The notes under the pieces are model-generated. The model searched no databases and was not told where the DNA came from. It saw only the letters and a program-made list of their open reading frames with translations. Position numbers and translations under genes: made by a program. Positions 59,888 to 64,000 of a stretch of DNA of 64,000 bases are shown here, piece after piece. The stretch's first letter is position 1. Each line of letters begins with the position of its first letter. Source of the DNA: Ostrea edulis (Eukaryota); NCBI RefSeq assembly GCF_947568905.1, contig NC_079169.1, positions 16,802,001 through 16,866,000 on the forward strand. Reading direction: 5' to 3'.

Positions 59888-62371
59888 AATATCTGCTCTT
59901 TGTATCGGGTATTGTGCAGGCATTGTCTGTTGTAATATCTGACCTTTGTATGGGGTATTGTGTAGGCATTGTCTGTTGTAATATCTGACCTTTGTATGGG
60001 GTATTGTGTAGGCATTGTCTGTTGTAATATTTAACCTTTGTATGGAGTATTGTGTAGGCATTGTCTGTTGTAATATCTGACCTTTGTATGGAGTATTGTA
60101 TAGCCATTGTCTGTTGTAATATCTGACCTTTGTATGGGGTATTGTGTAGGCATTGTCTGTTGTAATATTTAACCTTTGTATCGGGTATTGTGTAGGAATT
60201 GTCTGTTGTAATATCTGACCTTTGTATGGAGTATTGTGTAGGCATTGTCTGTTGTAATATTTGACCTTTGTATGGGGTATTGTGTAGGCATTGTCTGCTG
60301 TAATATCTTACCTTTCTATGGGGTATTGTGTAGGCATTGTCTGTTGTAATATCTTACCTTTGTATGGGGTATTGTGTAGGCATTGTCTGTTGTAATATTT
60401 AACCTTTGTATGGGGTATTGTGTAGGCATTGTCTGTTGTAATATCTGACCTTTGTATGGGATATTGTGTAGGCATTGTCTGTTGTAATATTTGACCTTTG
60501 TATGGGGTATTGTGCAGGCATTGTCTGTTGTAATATCTGACCTTTGTATGGAGTATTGTGTAGGCATTGTCTGTTGTAATATCTGACCTTTGTATGGGGT
60601 ATTGTGTAGGCATTGTCTGTTGTAATATCTGACCTTTGTATGGGGTATTGTGTAGGCATTGTCTGTTGTAATATCTGACCTTTGTATGGAGTATTGTGTA
60701 GGCATTGTCTGTTGTAATATCTGACCTTTGTATGGGGTATTGTGTAGGCATTGTCTGTTGTAATATCTGACCTTTGTATCGGGTATTGTGTAGGCATTGT
60801 CTGTTGTAATATCTGACCTTTATATGGGGTATTGTATAGGCATTGTCTGTTGTAATATCTGACCTATGTATGGGGTATTGTGTAGGCATTGTCTGTTGTA
60901 ATATTTGACCTTTGTATCGGGTATTGTGTAGGCATTGTCTGTTGTAATATTTAACCTTTGTATGGGGTATTGTGTAGGCATTGTCTGTTGTAATATCTGA
61001 CCTTTGTATGGAGTATTGTGTAGGCATTGTCTGTTGTAATATTTAACCTTTGTATTGGGTATTGTGTAGGCATTGTCTGTTGTAATATCTGACCTTTGTA
61101 TGGGGTATTGTGTAGGCATTGTCTGTTTTAATATTTGACCTTTGTATGGGGTATTGTGTAGGCATTGTCTGTTGTAATATCTGACCTTTGTATGGGGTAT
61201 TGTGTAGGCATTGTCTGTTGTAATATCTGACCTTTGTATGGGGTATTGTATAGGCATTGTCTGTTGTAATATTTAACCTTTGTATGGGGTATTGTGCAGG
61301 CATTGTCTGTTGTAATATTTGACCTTTGTATGGGGTATTGTGTAGGCATTGTCTGTTGTAATATCTGACCTTTGTATGGGGTATTGTGTAGGCATTGTCT
61401 GTTGTAATATTTAACCTTTGTATGGGGTATTGTATAGGCATTGTCTGTTGTAATATTTAACCTTTGTATGGGGTATTGTATAGGCATTGTCTGTTGTAAT
61501 ATTTAACCTTTGTATGGGGTATTGTGTAGGCATTGTCTGTTGTAATATCTGACCTTTGTATGGGGTATTGTGTAGGCATTGTCTGTTGTAATATTTGACC
61601 TTTGTATCGGGTATTGTGTAGGCATTGTCTGTTGTAATATTTAACCTTTGTATGGGGTATTGTGTAGGCATTGTCTGTTGTAATATCTGACCTTTGTATG
61701 GGGTATTGTGTAGGCATTGTCTGTTGTAATATTTAACCTTTGTATTGGGTATTGTGTAGGCATTGTCTGTTGTAATATCTGACCTTTGTATGGGGTATTG
61801 TGTAGGCATTGTCTGTTTTAATATTTGACCTTTGTATGGGGTATTGTGTAGGCATTGTCTGTTGTAATATCTGACCTTTGTATGGGGTATTGTGTAGGCA
61901 TTGTCTGTTGTAATATTTAACCTTTGTATGGGGTATTGTATAGGCATTGTCTGTTGTAATATTTAACCTTTGTATGGGGTATTGTGCAGGCATTGTCTGT
62001 TGTAATATTTGACCTTTGTATGGGGTATTGTGTAGGCATTGTCTGTTGTAATATCTGACCTTTGTATGGGGTATTGTGTAGGCATTGTCTGTTGTAATAT
62101 TTAACCTTTGTATGGGGTATTGTATAGGCATTGTCTGTTGTAATATTGAACCTTTGTATGGGGTATTGTATAGGCATTGTCTGTTGTAATATTTAACCTT
62201 TGTATGGGGTATTGTGTAGGCATTGTCTGTTGTAATATCTGACCTTTGTATGGGGTATTGTATAGGCATTGTCTGTTGTAATATCTGACCTTTGTATGGG
62301 GTATTGTGTAGGCATTGTCTGTTGTAATATCTGACCTTTGTATGGGGTATTGTGTAGGCATTGTCTGTTGT
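59888..62371. repeat. 46-bp minisatellite, ~54 copies (ATTGTCTGTTGTAATATCTGACCTTTGTATGGGGTATTGTGTAGGC)
   Basis: Direct periodicity; includes a 690-bp higher-order duplication. Confidence 0.97.
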
Positions 62372-63284
62372 CAAATCAGCTTCTAGTGAATAAAATGTTG
62401 TTGAAATGAAATAAATCCTTATAAATTCCATGCTGACCAGAAGACTGTAGATGGACTGAGGCCGGAGATAAAACGAACGTGAACATTGATGACAAGTCGT
62501 GACATACATAAAAAGATTGGCCATTTTACGAGTTCATTTCATATCTAAGGATGAAAAGGTTCACCTTCCATATTGTTGAAAAAATATCATTGTCAAAAAA
62601 GTATTCTGTTTACGTTTCATCGGTAAGTAATTGAGTATGTCCACTACCAGCACAGTATTCAACAACTACGTCCATGTTAAACAACGTTTAATTTCTACTG
62701 AACAAGACCAATCAAACATTAAAACCTCGACAAGCTTTTATGATCTTTCTGGGGGGGGGGGGGGGGGGTTGACTATCGTTTTTCATATTCCATAAATCTT
62801 ATATGCAAAATTCAGGAACAAAATGGACTTGTTTCCACAACAGTAGCTGATACGTTAGGTCTAATGGTTATACCGTAAGTCAATAAATAACATACCGGTT
62901 TAATGGATACACTTTTCAACTCTCTCGATTCCTGTAGGCTACAAAAAGTTCATGTTACAACTCTTGTCATTTTGGTATACAATTGCAATTGTTTGATAAA
63001 AAGTAACATTGATCCGGCGAAATTACTCCGATTGTTTCTCATAAAACATCCAGGATATTTTCCGATTTCCAATCTAAGTCATTTGTAACTTTTGATGATT
63101 GAATTCGTAATTAATACTTGTTCAAATAAATGATTTATGAAAAGGTTAAATTATTACAAAACGATACAATTCAATGGCGTGGACGAGTATTTGAGAAGAC
63201 TGCATTGAAACTCTTTGGTTTTTAATTGATACTTTTATAATGATTCACAAAGATTTTGGGGAGATAAAAACATTGATTCATTAA

Positions 63285-64000
63285 CAAGTAACATACACAC
63301 GTATAAGCACAGGTCCCATGGTCCACATTGCTCACCTGGGCAGTTACATTTCCCTCTCTCGAGATCGCGGCTCCTGGGGATACGGTGTCAACAGCTTTGA
63401 GTCTAAATTCCCTACATACACTAGTGGGTAAAATTTTAAATCCCTGCTGTGACTCCTACATCCATGGCGTGGACAAAAATTTGATATACTCTCATCCTTT
63501 GCAAAGATGATTGCATATCAATTTCACAGAATATACTCAGGCGATTTTCAAGATGGTTGATGAACTGTCCTATACATGTATATATTTTAAGTAAAAATCA
63601 ACATTCCTATCACAGGCAATTGCATCGCTTGGGGTCGAATTTACTATATAAAGAGTCTTTATATAGTGAATTCGACCCCAAGCGATGCAATTGCCTGTGA
63701 TTCCTATGGTGACCCCCTTTATTACCTTTGAGAGTCGTGGTTGGATGAATTTGGAAGGTATTATACTTGAGAAGAATTGTCGGTATATCCATTTGATAGA
63801 CTGAATCTCTTGAGAAGATGTATGACAAATTGTCTAGAGCATTCTAGATAGATTAAAACCCTATCTGTGGCCCCACCCTGGTTCTGAGGAGGAGGTTTAC
63901 AGTGTGAATAAATTTTAATCCGCACTGAAAGTAAATGTTTGATAAGATTTTCTTTAATCTCCAAATATTTCTATGTACATTGTAACAATTGAAGTACTGT
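63285..64000 (+). mobile_element. Degenerate HINE-like element, running off the window
   Basis: AACAAG...GGTCCCATGGTCCACATTGCTCACCTG resembles HINE 5' ends; satellite-like units follow. Confidence 0.5.
63611..63699. mobile_element. 89-bp almost perfectly palindromic MITE with 8-bp TSD ATTCCTAT
   Basis: 44-bp arms starting CACAGGCAATTGCATCGCTTGGGG around a 1-nt centre; TSD at 63603-63610 and 63700-63707. Confidence 0.9.

Noticed and set aside
744-62371. Shared ATATC(T/A) word in four large arrays as a common seeding motif
   Set aside because: A 5-6-mer is expected by chance in AT-rich monomers, and it is absent from the 26-bp and 55373 arrays.
59797-62524. Many overlapping minus-strand ORFs (MPTQYPIQRSDITTDNAY...)
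   Set aside because: They are translations of the 46-bp minisatellite cycling through three frames.

Overview
AT-rich animal genomic DNA, most likely an oyster (Ostreidae), judged from Cg170-like satellite units, HINE/Helentron-type elements and Penelope-like repeats. It has one 200-N assembly gap (21741-21940). Two protein-coding genes lie on the minus strand. (1) A complete 14-exon peroxisomal acyl-CoA oxidase 1 (ACOX1, 36257->16094, 669 aa, C-terminal SKL). (2) An unrecognised two-or-more-exon gene (51838->about 46601) with a TATA box and signal peptide, encoding a ~1,340-aa Arg/Pro/Ser/Asn-rich, low-complexity secreted protein with no Cys or Trp in its mature part. Most of the rest is repeats: degenerate LINEs (L2, RTE-X-like), Penelope-like fragments, Deu-domain SINEs, nested HINEs, MITEs with target-site duplications, tRNA-like solo LTRs (Helenus-type TRIM candidates) and about ten minisatellite arrays, several seeded from transposon ends. 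Repeat family names are recalled from known families and were not confirmed by database search. The long ORFs inside tandem arrays are artefacts. No prokaryotic features or CRISPR arrays are present.
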